A stretch of 64,000 nucleotides of DNA, taken from positions 2,482,001-2,546,000 of the forward strand of contig NC_087438.1 in assembly GCF_036321535.1 (NCBI RefSeq), read 5' to 3'. Source of the DNA: Camelus dromedarius (lineage: Eukaryota). This document shows positions 1 to 11,479 of the stretch, piece after piece; within the stretch, counting starts at the first letter, position 1, and each line of letters opens with the position of its first letter. A model generated the notes under the pieces. It was given only the letters and a program-made list of their open reading frames with translations. It made no database searches and was not told where the DNA came from. The translations under genes were made by a program, and so were the position numbers.

Positions 1-1740
1 TCGCAAACTCATCGTTGGCACGTTAGAGGGGTGTCATTCAGCCTCAGATCTGGGAGGCAGGCTACCTGGGGAGGCAGCTCAATTTTGACTTTAGCCATTT
101 TCCAGCCTTTTTCTCTCAGAAATCCAACTCTCACTGGGCCCCGGCCTTTTAAGACTCCTTGTCTCAGTGTTTCACAGGACTCATTCCCCAGAGAATGGGG
201 CTCAGGCTCCAAGCCTTCGTGGAAGGGATAGTTGCCGAGAATATGACCCTTTTATTCTGTCCCTTCCCTTTTGTTCACTGAGTTAACCTGTTGAGCTCAG
301 CACAAAGGACGAGCCGGGGCCCGATGCGCCGCCCCTGAGATGAAGGGTTTGTGCGGGAAGAGCTCCAGGGCCTTTGGCAGAAGGTGCCCGTGGTCGGAAC
401 GGCCCGCGCCAGGCTGGCCTGGGTCAGACTCAGTCCCGTGGGTGCCCCGGTCTTGCTGGATGAATTCCTTCTCTTCTCTGACCGGATAGAGGGCGCTGTA
501 CTTTTCTATCAAAGGATCTTGATACAGGTGTGCGGGACTTCTGCAGCTCACTGGTGTCTGAGGCAAAGGGAATTTGGTGCTGGTTAGTTGTCCTGAGGGT
601 CTAGAAGGCATTTAAGACCTGACACTATTACAGGGTGGGACCCAGCAGCTGACGGTCTTCAATAATGCAAGGCTTCCCTAGATAACGCCTGCCCGGCAGC
701 CCTCGAGCAGGGCGCAGGCCCCCGGGCAGGCTGTGGTCCCCTGATTGGCCCCGCCCACTCGGCCAGGTGGCACTGGCATCAGAAGGCCTGGCCTCCATCC
801 TTCCTGATCAGTAGCGGTGACTCTGCGGACAGATGTGTAAGTGCGTTGTGGTGTCCAGTGGGGCGGCCGGGACACGTCTTGGGCTGAAGACGGGATGTTT
901 CCAGGTGATGAGCACAAGGCAGGTCCGCGCCCCTGATGCCGCTGCCAGGCCGTCCCGGGGAAGGCGCTGAGCGGCAGCAGCAGGTGGGGCTGTGGGGACG
1001 TGGACTTTGCTGTTTTTCACTCGAACCTTCCAACCGTCCTGTGAGGCAGGCAAAGCCAGGCTCTGAATGGGGCGCCGAGGGCAGCGTGATCACTCCTCAG
1101 GGGCCCAGGGGTCACTGGGCTGCGGCTCCGGCAGCAGATCATGTCCCTGTGAGAGGGAGCCGGAGGCCCAGGACTGCCCGATGCCCCCACTAAAGACACA
1201 CGGCGTCTCGCACCCCCGAGCCTCGTAAATGGTCGTATCTGCTCCTGGACACTTGCGTTGCCCTACACCTGGTAAGTACATAGTTCACGAAAATCCACTG
1301 TCATCAAAGCACGAGCAGAATAAAACTCAGTGTAAATAGGCCACCAGGTGAAACCTTTATGTGCAAAAGATCTTAACAACAAGCACATTGAAACACAGAC
1401 TTCTGCAGAGAGTCAGCTTTCAGATGTGTGTCCCTGTGACAAGCATGTCGTAATGAGGGGAAGTTTTCTTTTTGCTGATGATCTTCAACATACAGACAGA
1501 ATTATTTTGAGTTTTTGGAAAAAAACACTGGATAAAAAATGGGAGCCCATATATTTTTTGGAAACCTATATGTTTTAAACTTCTATTATGAAACTTTCAT
1601 TAAGGTAATAAGAGGTACGTGTATTAATAGAATGTATTATATTCTCACAATATTTTGAAAGAACTGTGTTTAGGAACTGCTAAAACATTCAGTTTTCTTT
1701 ATGGAAGATATCTGATTCCTGGGTTTTATGAAGGTATTTT

Positions 1741-1815
1741 TCTTCCCTCCCTCCCTTCCTTCCCTCCCTCCCTTCCTTCCCTCCCTCCCTTCCTTCCTTC
1801 CCTCCTTTCCTTCCC
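1741..1815. repeat. (CCCT/CCTT)n pyrimidine-rich microsatellite
   Basis: Seen directly: tcttccctccctcccttccttccctccctcccttcc..., a purely C/T tract. Confidence 0.95.
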
Positions 1816-3364
1816 ATGTGTTGACACCACTCTGGCGAGGGAACTATAACACACACTGAATATAAGACTGCAAATGAGATCTAGTCTCCTGCCCCCAGGG
1901 AGCATCCTCTAAGTGGGGAGGAAGGTAGAGAGATGTGAACTGTAGTAGAGGGAAGATGAATTGACAGACCATCAATAAATATGACTGGGTAATACAGCAG
2001 AATCCGATTAAATCGCGGGGTGGGGGCTGACGGTGAGGGTGTGGCTGGACACAGGGGTTTCCGTATCACCTGGTAAACCTCCCGCAGGTGCGGCGCCAGC
2101 AGCATGTGCTGCAGGGTCAGCCCCGTTGCCGGGTACCATTCATAGGCAGGGCTTCCTGCCTGAGGCCCCCGGGCCAGACAGCTCACCTTGGACGGACGAA
2201 GATGCTCTTGTTACTACTGATGTCCTCACCTCCTACCACTGCCACTCTCTGTCCATTTCCTGTGAAATCCTTTGTAACGGACAATTTTCATCACTGAGAG
2301 CCATTTTTCCCAGAGCATCATCTGAACTGGCCGGCAGAAATGCGAAGGGGATAAAGGCACACAAACGTGCAGGACACGTCTCCGGCTGGGCTGCGGATGG
2401 TAGGTGCTGTGATTGGCATCTGCGGGAGAGGCTGGCGACTTCAGCGGCCACTCTGGGTCCGCGTCATCCTCCGATGTCCACTGGCCAGCCGTGATCCACG
2501 CTGCGTACCTCCACAAGGTGGTCAAAGGCATGTGTGCAACCCGCAGACGGCCTCCCGTAAACACGTCAGCCTAAACATTTTCGGGAAGCATGTGACTCCC
2601 AGGGAGCCGTGGGCTGGTGCTTCTCCCTTGAAACACTTCCCTGAAGGGATTCCGGAGCCTGAGCCACGGCGTGCACAGCTCAGCCGCGTCGTTTCTCGCT
2701 TCTTCCTCTTTGTTGCAGCTGTAAATTAAACTCTGCTGGAGAATGAAGCATTTCGTGTTGTAATATTGCCTGTCAGTTCTTTACTGTGCATGATAAAACA
2801 CAAACCCTTTAATTAACTTTTTAGAAATAACAAATGCTAGGAACTGTTCTAGGATCTTAATAAGCACACATTTGCAATGTTCGTCCTCTCCTGGCCCCAT
2901 CTAGGCTGCTCCTGGATTACACATTATCTGTCTCCATAGAATTGTCTTGGTGGAACATTCTATTTTGGGAACGCTGTTTGAATAATAGCTTGAATTCAGC
3001 TCCTCCAGGTTTTTCCTGTCCTTTCTGTAGCATATGTGATTTTAACTGAAATTTAGATATCTCAAAAAAAAAAAAAAATTCTGGGAATGTCAGGGTACTA
3101 ATCAGGACCACAGCAGATTCAAGCTAAAAGCAATTTGGTTTCAAAACAAGGAATCAGTAAATTTAGGCTGTCTTTGCAGGATTTCAGCTCTGGGCCCAGC
3201 AACTAACTTCCATATGCTACCTGGATTTTATAATTATAATCTATTGCACAATACTGTATTTTTTTCATGAACGTGCCTCCCAATAGTAATGCAGGTGTAT
3301 GTCTTGCTCAGTGGTATGTAATGTATACGAAAGTAACACAACTGCATTTATATATATTTTTTGT

Positions 3365-3485
3365 GGGTGTGAGGGAATTGGTTCATTTATTTATTTACTT
3401 ATTTTTAATGGAGGTGTTGGGGATTGAACCCAGGACCTCATGCATGCTAAGCATGCGCTCCACCATTTGAGCTGCACCCTCCCCC
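3365..3485 (-). mobile_element. tRNA-derived SINE, camelid type (vic-1-like)
   Basis: Minus strand reads GGGGGAGGGTGCAGCTCAAATGG (A-box-like)...GGTCCTGGGTTCAATCCCC (B box) followed by an (AAAT)n-rich tail. Flanked by actgcattta at 3341-3350 and 3492-3501 (probable TSD). Confidence 0.9.
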
Positions 3486-4271
3486 TTTACCACTGCATTT
3501 AAATACTCGCTTCATAATTGAAGCTGATCACACCATTGCTCCTGAGGAGGAAGGGTGGGCCTCGCCCGAGAAGGTGCTTTGAAGCCTGCCCTGGTCTGGC
3601 TTCAGATGACACACACCCCAGCCCAATAAACCCTGGGTGAATTTTCCAAGTTGAAAATAATAGTGTTGTTTTCTGTTAATGAAAATTAATAATACCTCAG
3701 AGGCCCACTGATTTCCCAATGACGTCTGAAGAAGACACTCATTATTCCCCCAGGGAGCAGGAACGGTTTTGTTCCCTCACTGCTCACGTACCCCTCGTCC
3801 CGAGCAGGACACGGGCAGCACTCAGGACTGGTCCTGTGGTCCAGGACCCCTGGGGGCTGATCCCAGGGGCACAGCGAGCGTGGTCTGGATGCAGAAGCAG
3901 GCTTCCCACATTCCTCAGAATCCTGTGGTCTCTGTGCTTCCCAGAGGAAAAATGGGGATTGTTTTGGAGGGTGGGGACACCAGCACAGAGACAGGAAACT
4001 TAGGTGAGGGTGGAGCCAGTGAGGGCACCTGCCTTCCAGCCTGGGGCATCAAGGTAGTTGAACATTTTTGCTTCTCAAAAGAACGTTCTCAGCATAGATG
4101 TGAAGGACCTTTACCCAGCCCTTCTTTGAGGAAGGGGCCAGGGTAGCCTTTTGTTTTTCACTTTTTATAAAGCATTGAGCCAACTGCACATGTGTGAGTG
4201 TTGCCCACTGATCACATCACAGAATTAACACAAAATCTTGGTTCACCACATCAAATGAAAACATACTCCTA

Positions 4272-4431
4272 TGTTCAATATCTTGTAATAAGCTGTAATG
4301 GAAAAGAATCTGAAAAAAGTATATATATGTGATGTATAACTGAATTACTTGGCTGTACACGTGAAACTAACACAGCATTGTAAATCAACTACACTTCAAT
4401 TTAAAAACATCAAACAAACAAAACAACAAAA
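4272..4431 (+). mobile_element. 5'-truncated LINE-1 3' end (cetartiodactyl type) with A-rich tail
   Basis: caatatcttgtaata...ggaaaagaatctgaaaaa...gaaactaacacagcattgtaaatcaactacacttcaat matches L1 3' UTR termini. Imperfect TSD: aaaacatactccta (4258-4271) and aaagcatattccta (4432-4445). Confidence 0.85.
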
Positions 4432-5449
4432 AAAGCATATTCCTACCTGAAGACTGAAACTGGCCGAAACAACCACGGTTCTGGAACTCCAAGGCCCTGG
4501 GTTTTAATTCTGATTTACGCATAATTTGGTCTCCGGTCTACACGCAACCTGGTAATCTCAATAATTTTAATATTTAAAATGCTGGGAAAGCTCCTTTCAG
4601 CTATTAATGTTGATTAGATTCATGTGTACAGAAAAAAATGATTCCTCAAACAGAGAGAAAATGAACAGAATCTCATAAAAGTTTAGATTTAACTTAAAAA
4701 GAAAAACAGAAACTCTCTTTACAACCTCACATGTCATAAAAACAGTATAGCTAACTGGATAGCCAATCATGTGTATTTTAAAATTAAGCCCCGTTCTCAC
4801 CCACATTCTTTAGCACTCAGATAATCTAAGTAACTTTTTGGAAAAGCTATTGCCTGTTCAAGAACTGCCTTCAGTTCTGGAAAGACCTCTTTTTCCCCCA
4901 AGGAACTTACCTGGTGGCTGTCGTCACCCTTAGCAGGGTCATGGCTGCATCACCGGAATCACCAGGTGGTGTGTGTGCCGCCCCTCGTGGGCACAAATGG
5001 ACTTGAAGTGACACCACACATGTTTATGGACAGAAAGCCCTCGTCTGAATGGAGTTTTCACAACCTAGTGTTATCTTAATCATGTTGTTTGTAGCTTTGT
5101 ATCATATTGAACAGAATTTTGTGCCCTTGTCTGACTTCTTAAGCTAAATATTCAGAGTACAATTTTATATTTTCCTTTGGTGCCCAGAAACTATTCAAAT
5201 GTCAGTTCTACTGAGGTGCTGTCTGGACCCCAGATGCAGAGAAAGGCGGCTCCCCTCACAGCAAAGTCTGCTTGTTCTTCTTTTTCAATCCTTACACTTC
5301 CCTCTTTTTTCCTTCCCTACTCATCACTCTGAAGCAGTGGTTTCTGCAGCGTCTTTGTTCCTTCCATTACAATGCTTCCAGTGTTACATTTAATTTGCTG
5401 CTCCTGATCTTCTGTTCAGTGGAAAGGGGCTAACTGAGTTTATTTGAAT

Positions 5450-6065
5450 TGTGTGTGAGAACAGTGCACAGATGCAGCTGCTTGGGAAAAGTCTGGCTGT
5501 TCCTCAAAAGCAAAACATCACGTTACCCTGGGACCCAGCAATTCCCCTCCTGGACATCCACCCAAGAGAAATGAAGACATATGTCCAGGCAGAAACTTGG
5601 CCACGAACGCTCACAGCAGCCTTCTCAAGGACAGCCAGCATTTGGAAACAGCCCAAATGCCCGTCGACTGCTGAGTGGACAAAGGCAACAAACACGGTAT
5701 GTCCTCACAATGGAATATTACCCAGCCACAAACAGGAAAGGAAGCCCAGTACCACTGCAGCCTGGGTGAGCCTTGGGCACACGACGCTAAGAGAGAGAGT
5801 CCAGGCGCCGGAGACCACGTGTTCCATGACTCCATTTCCACGTGTCCAGGAGGCGAATCCATAGACGGAGCAGGTGCATCGGTGGTTGCCTGGGCGATGG
5901 GAGGGTCGGGTATGACGGTTAAAGTTACAGGGTTTCTTTGCGAGGTGAGAACTTTTGACTGCGGTGCTGGCTGCCCAAGTCTGTGAACTGCTAAGAGCCA
6001 TCGAGGTGCCCGGGAGTGAATCATGCAGTATATACATTATCCTCAATAAAGCGGTTACCAAAGCG
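5450..6065 (+). mobile_element. Ancient LINE-1 (L1MB/L1ME-like), ORF2 3' end plus 3' UTR
   Basis: ORF 5451-5864 contains LPWDPAIPLLDIHPREMKTYV...WKQPKCPS, a degenerate L1 ORF2 C-terminus. The element ends near ctcaataaagc at ~6043-6052. Confidence 0.9.
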
Positions 6066-8513
6066 AAACAAAGCAGTGCCCGGGGCTGGGCCGGGGCCTG
6101 AGAAACGCTGTGGCCTGGTCTCCTTCCCACGTCCTCTCTGACTTACTGTCTGGCTTCCGCAGATTTTCTGGAAAGTAAGTTCTGCCACTTTTTGGAAGTT
6201 AATTATTTTTTCTGCAAAGATGGTTTCCTGTGTTTGGGGACACATATTTTAGCCCAGCCGATGGGAAACCTTGACACCAACACCTGAGGAGTTGTTAAGA
6301 TGTCAGATCAAGGGTGAGAGCGTTTGGGTGACACAAGAAAGGGGGTTCTTTCTGGGCCTGGCTGGGGCCAGGGGGTGCTGAGGGAGGGGAGAGCAGCCTC
6401 CCAGCCCCCCAGGCCCCCTTCCCAGCTCGGCCCCGGGGGCGTGGTCCTGCTCACACACTGCTCCCCCGAGGGCACGTTGGGGTCCTCTCCGTCCCAAATC
6501 AGGGGACAGTGCCCCTTGCAGAAGGCGCTCCACTGCCGTGCTCCCTGCCCCCACCTTGCTGATGCCCACGGGAGAAGTGGGCACAGGCAGGCGGGGAGTG
6601 TCTGGAGATGGAAGGACTGAACCAAGGGTTCTAACATCACACCGCACTTCCAGAAAAATCCAAGCTTGAGTTTTCTTGATACGCAGATACCTGGTTCCGG
6701 CTGCTAACTCCACTGTGATGCGTCAACTAGTAAAGACGAATTCTATTAGAAAGGAGAGCAGTGCCCAGGCTGGGGAGCCCCGTCCCAGGAAAGGAGGGAA
6801 CCCCGGGAAGAGCCTCAGCTCCCGGAGGGACTGAGCCTGCGTGTCAGCACTGTGCCTCGGGATGACTCTGCCCCAGCATAAAGTAAATGGAATTCTTCTT
6901 GTATTCCGGCTGAACACTGAGAACAGACAAGGCCAGACAAACAGAAGGTCAGATCGGACAGAACCCAAGATCCTGCATTTTTCCTCTGGTCACGAGAAGA
7001 AGCAGATTCCCAAAGTATAGAAAAACCAGGTTGAAAGTGGATTGATGTTTTATGCAATTGGCTGGCAGGAGATGTTACACTGATGCCACTGTTTAAAAAA
7101 AAAAAAAATGAGGAGAAGAGAGATGAAGAAGGGGTTTCTTAGGCTAAAATGTCCAGAAGTAAGTGCGCTCGTGACCATGTGCCAGGCTTTTTCTCATCAG
7201 GTGACCCGCAAAGGTGCTGGCACCTGGAGAGCTGGGATGGGGGCCTGAATCAGTCCTCAGTTCACGATAACGGCGGGTGTCCAGACGGACGGCCATCACA
7301 GGCTAATTTACAGCAGCAGCAGCGGGGGAGTAAAACCCTCGGTGGCTTTCCCTCCGAGACAAGAATTGAAATCAAAAACAAATTCCTTATAACGATGAAG
7401 ACAGAGGTGGAGGCAGAAATGAAGAGGGAGATGAAGATGAATGGGGAAGGGGGGGAGGAGATGCTGGCGGGGCGAGGAAGTGCATCCCGACACGGTGCTA
7501 AAAAAGCATTAAAAAAACCCAAAAACAAACAGACGAAATGGCAGGCACCTCCCGGGATGGCAGTGCACCGCGGGGACGGCCTCATTTTCTCCCTTCCTGT
7601 TGGCGGTTTCTCAGCCGGCTGGAGGCTGAGGGAAATGGGAAGAAGCATCTTTCGACCACAAACAGATGTGCTTGATAAAGAAAATGCCAGCAAAAATACT
7701 GAAGCAGCGTGTCGCAGTAGCTTTCTGACAGACAGAGGAAAAAGGTAAAAACGCCCTATCATGTCCGACAAGGTGTTCTTTTTGAGATTTAAAGATCACT
7801 GTGCAACTTTAAACATGTTTGTCACTTTGGCTGTGACTGGAGCTATCTGGAGCTTCACAAGAACTTTATCAGCTCGGCCGGGGGGGGGGCAGAAAGCAGC
7901 CCGGGCCCATTTATCTCAGCTCGATTCCCTTCAAAGCCAACAAATAAATTACAGTGTACATTTGATACAAATTGATTTCTTAACTCAAATAACAATGTTG
8001 TCCTCCCGGTCGGGCCATGTGTCACTCACTGGCGAGCCTGAGTGAAAGGCTCCATCTGCAGGGTGACAGGAATGGGGCTGACACTGCGCGGGGAGGGTGC
8101 TAATCAGCCAGTGCTGGCCTTTGTGGGGCCCGCGATAAGGGGTCGGCCGCCCCGCCACGCGCTGCTGTCCCCACCGCCGCCGGCCCGGAGCTGCCGTCCT
8201 ATTTCATGTTGGAAATGAGATGGGCCGCGAGGGCTGGGCCGGGAGCCCAGCCGAACTGAAAGGGAGCCCCACTGAACATCTTCAGCAGATCTTATCAGCC
8301 GCAGGAGAAATGAGATGTTGGCAGGGGCCAGGGATGTTCTCAACGCCGAGCAGTTAATGTGGTGGGGAGGTGGGCCGCCCACTAATTGGATTTGCCCCGG
8401 TTTGACAAACAGTGGTGGCCCGCGGCCAGAGACACAGATGCAGGGTGGCTTTTCTTTGTTGACATCCAAGCCTGGGGAGGAAGCGGTAATGCACCCACTC
8501 TTTTTCAAAAAAA

Positions 8514-8720
8514 TTTTTTTTAATTGAAGTATATAGTCAGTTACAATGTGTCAATTTCCGGTGCACGGCTTCGTGTTTCAGTCTTATGTATACATGCAGA
8601 TATTTCTTTTCATATTCTTTTCCATTATAGTTACTACAAGATACTGAATATACTTCCCTGTGCTAAGCAGAAGAAACTTACTTGTCTATTTTATATATAG
8701 TAGTTAGGATCTGCAAACCC
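8514..8720 (-). mobile_element. Young LINE-1 3' end fragment
   Basis: ttttttaattgaagtatatagtcagttacaatgtgtc...ttccctgtgcta; closely similar to the L1 end at 9395-9600. Confidence 0.9.
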
Positions 8721-9394
8721 TGACCTCCCTTTGGAAGCCGAGGTGTCTTCCTCAAATTCCCATCCCCACCGGCCAGGAGTCGCCCTCGGAGGAGACAGAG
8801 GTGGGGGCTCTGATTCTCATCAAAGGGGGTCTCAGCTTGCTGGGCCCTGGCAGTAGGTGCACATCCAACCTGGAGGGCCCGGAGAGCTGTCTGGAGGCGG
8901 GGAGGGAGCTGGTGGGGGGTGTCGAATCTGGGCAGGTCTCCAGAGCTGAGCCCTGGCTGTGTCCTCCTGATGGTGCTCAGAGAGCTGTCCCTTCCTACGG
9001 TTAAAGAGAAAATCACACACATACCGCGTGTCCCCTGCGGGAGGCACGCAGAGGGGTGCTCCACTTCTTAATCCACCTTTACGTTCACAAGGCGCTTCTC
9101 AGCTTTAAAGCTGTGAAGGTGGGATGGAATCTCCCCCCACCCCATAATCTCCACACACGAGGGCACCTGTGGTTTTTAATATTGACTGATATTTAACTTG
9201 GGCCCAGAGCTAGAAATACGGAAATAAGAAATAAGAAATAAGCTCCATCTTAACATCTTCAAATGTTAAGATGAGGTCTAGTACAATGACTGATCATTTT
9301 ATCCAAGATAAATTATTTCAGTTGAATTTAAGTTGGAATTGCATGGTGAGTTTTGCTAAAGTGTTGATTTTTCCTTAAGTTACAAAACCTCTTT

Positions 9395-9741
9395 TTTTTA
9401 AATTGAAGTGTAGTCAGTTACAATGTGTCAGTTTCTGGTGTGCAGCACAACGTCCCAGTCATGCATATATGTACACATATATTTGTTTTCATATTCTTTT
9501 TCATTAAAGGTTATTATAAGATATTGAAAATAGTTCCCTGTGCTATACAGAAGAAATTTGTTTTTTTTATCTATTTTTATATATAGTGGTTAACATTCAC
9601 AAATCTCAAACTCCCAAATTTATCCCTTCGCACCCCCATTCTCCAGTAACCATAAAATTGTTTACTATGTCTGTGAATCTGTTTCTGTTTTATAAATGAG
9701 TTCATTAGTGTCTTCTTTCTTTCTTTTTCTTTCTTTCTTTC

Positions 9742-9832
<91 letters not shown>

Positions 9833-10436
9833 TCCTTCTTTCTTTCTTCCTTTCTTCCTTTCTTTCTTTCTTCTTTTAGATTCCACATATGTGTGCTATC
9901 ATATGGTATTTATCCCTCTCTTTCTGGCTTATTTCACTTAGAGTGACAATCTCCAGGTCCAACCATGTTGCTGCAAATAGCATTATTTTATTCCTCTTTA
10001 TGGCTGAATAGTATTCCCTTGTATAAATATACCACAATTTCTTTACCCAGTCATCTGTCGATGGACATTCAGGTTGTTTCCATGTCTTGGCTATTGTAAA
10101 TAGTGCTGCTGTGAACATTAGGGTGCATGTATCTTTTCAAATTAGAGTTCCCTCCCAATATATGCCAGGAATGGGATTGCTGGGACATATGGTAAGTCTA
10201 TTTCTTTTGTTTTTTGAGGAATCTCCATAGTATTTTCCACAGTGGCTGCACCAAACTACATTCCCACCAGCAGTGTAGGAGGGCTCCCTTTTCTCCACAG
10301 CCCCTCCAGCATTTGTTGTCTGTGGACTTTTGAATGATGGCCATTCTGGCTGGTGTGAGGTGATACCTCACTGTAGTTTTTTACATTTCTCTGATAGATA
10401 TTTTGAGCATTTTCTCACATGCCTATTGGCTATTAT
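9395..10436 (-). mobile_element. Young 5'-truncated LINE-1 (~1 kb), ORF2 C-terminus plus 3' UTR
   Basis: ORF 9876-10118(-) MFTAALFTIAKTWKQPECPSTDDWVKKLWYIYTREYYSAIK...KYHMI is the canonical L1 ORF2 C-terminus. The poly-T end lies at ~9392. TSD aacctcttt at 9386-9394 and 10437-10445. Confidence 0.95.
9711..9877. repeat. (TTTC)n tetranucleotide microsatellite inside the L1
   Basis: About 165 bp of C/T only, with a pure TTTC run at ~9743-9834. Confidence 0.98.
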
Positions 10437-11479
10437 AACCTCTTTAAATTATTCTACAAAATTTTTCACCATTCAAAAGCCCTAAGATAGCAGTTCAATC
10501 CAGGCAGTCTGAGGTTCCAATAGTATACTGTCCCCAGGAGAGAAACAGCCCATTAGCAAATGCCCCGGTGACAGGTGTATAATTTCTCTAACACTTTTTT
10601 CCAGGTACCTTGAAAACGCCCTGCATTATCAATGTTCAACTTAACCAATTCATATAAAACCAAACTGAGTTCAGGAAGGTTTTCTTAGTGGGTACATACA
10701 TCAGAGAATGTGTGTGATTAAAATCATTTGCAGTGTCTACTTTTCCCTGCCCAGCAATACTTTATCAAGGGACGACTGCTGTCATAGCGCTGGATGGCAG
10801 TTTCAAGGGAGAAAAGAAGGGTAGTTAAGGGTTTGCCATCCAAGGGCTCCCGATCGAGTTGACTTCATTTGGAAATCTAGGGGCATCCACACACCCTTCC
10901 TGTGTATGACTCCGTGTCAGTGGAGAGAGACTGACAGGAATCACGCAGGTTCAGAAATCTGCTGTTCCTCATACAGGTGGCTTAGAGAAGGCTGCTGGAG
11001 CCCGAGGCTGCAGGACATTGCCTTCCTTCCCTTTTGCACCATCCACAACGCAGCATCACAGTCAAGGAGGCGCGTAAGTGCTGGCCCTCGCTGGGCCCCA
11101 CGGGAGGCAGTGGGAGGCTGGGTGTGGCAGGAGTGCCACGTCCATCAGGCCAGTCTCCGCAGTGTGCCATGAATGAACTGGAATAATGAATCCACTTTCT
11201 TCCCGCTGCAAGTCACTGGACTTCTAGGGAAGGAGCCAGGAGCTGCAGCGGAGTCTGCTCTGTGCAGCCCCTCGGGGAAGGGGCGGAGAAACAGGGGGTG
11301 AGGCTCCCCAGAGCGCTCACATCGGAGGACGCCGCCCCGGGACCATCCCCCGTCAGGATACGCAGTGTCCCTCCTGGTTAACAGAGCTCCAGATTTCACA
11401 GCCTTTGTCAGCTGTCTCAAAGTTCAATGAGGTATAAATAATGCTTTTTGGCCTTTTGAGATAGTAACCCTATCAATTT

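Noticed and set aside
7149..7748. 199-aa ORF
   Set aside because: No recognisable domain; runs through purine-rich low-complexity DNA and A-tracts, with an overlapping antisense ORF.
9577..9941. KERK-rich and FLSF-rich ORFs
   Set aside because: Read-through of the (TTTC)n microsatellite.
9876..10118. 80-aa ORF as a functional gene
   Set aside because: C-terminal stub of a 5'-truncated L1 ORF2, with no promoter and no RT or EN domains.
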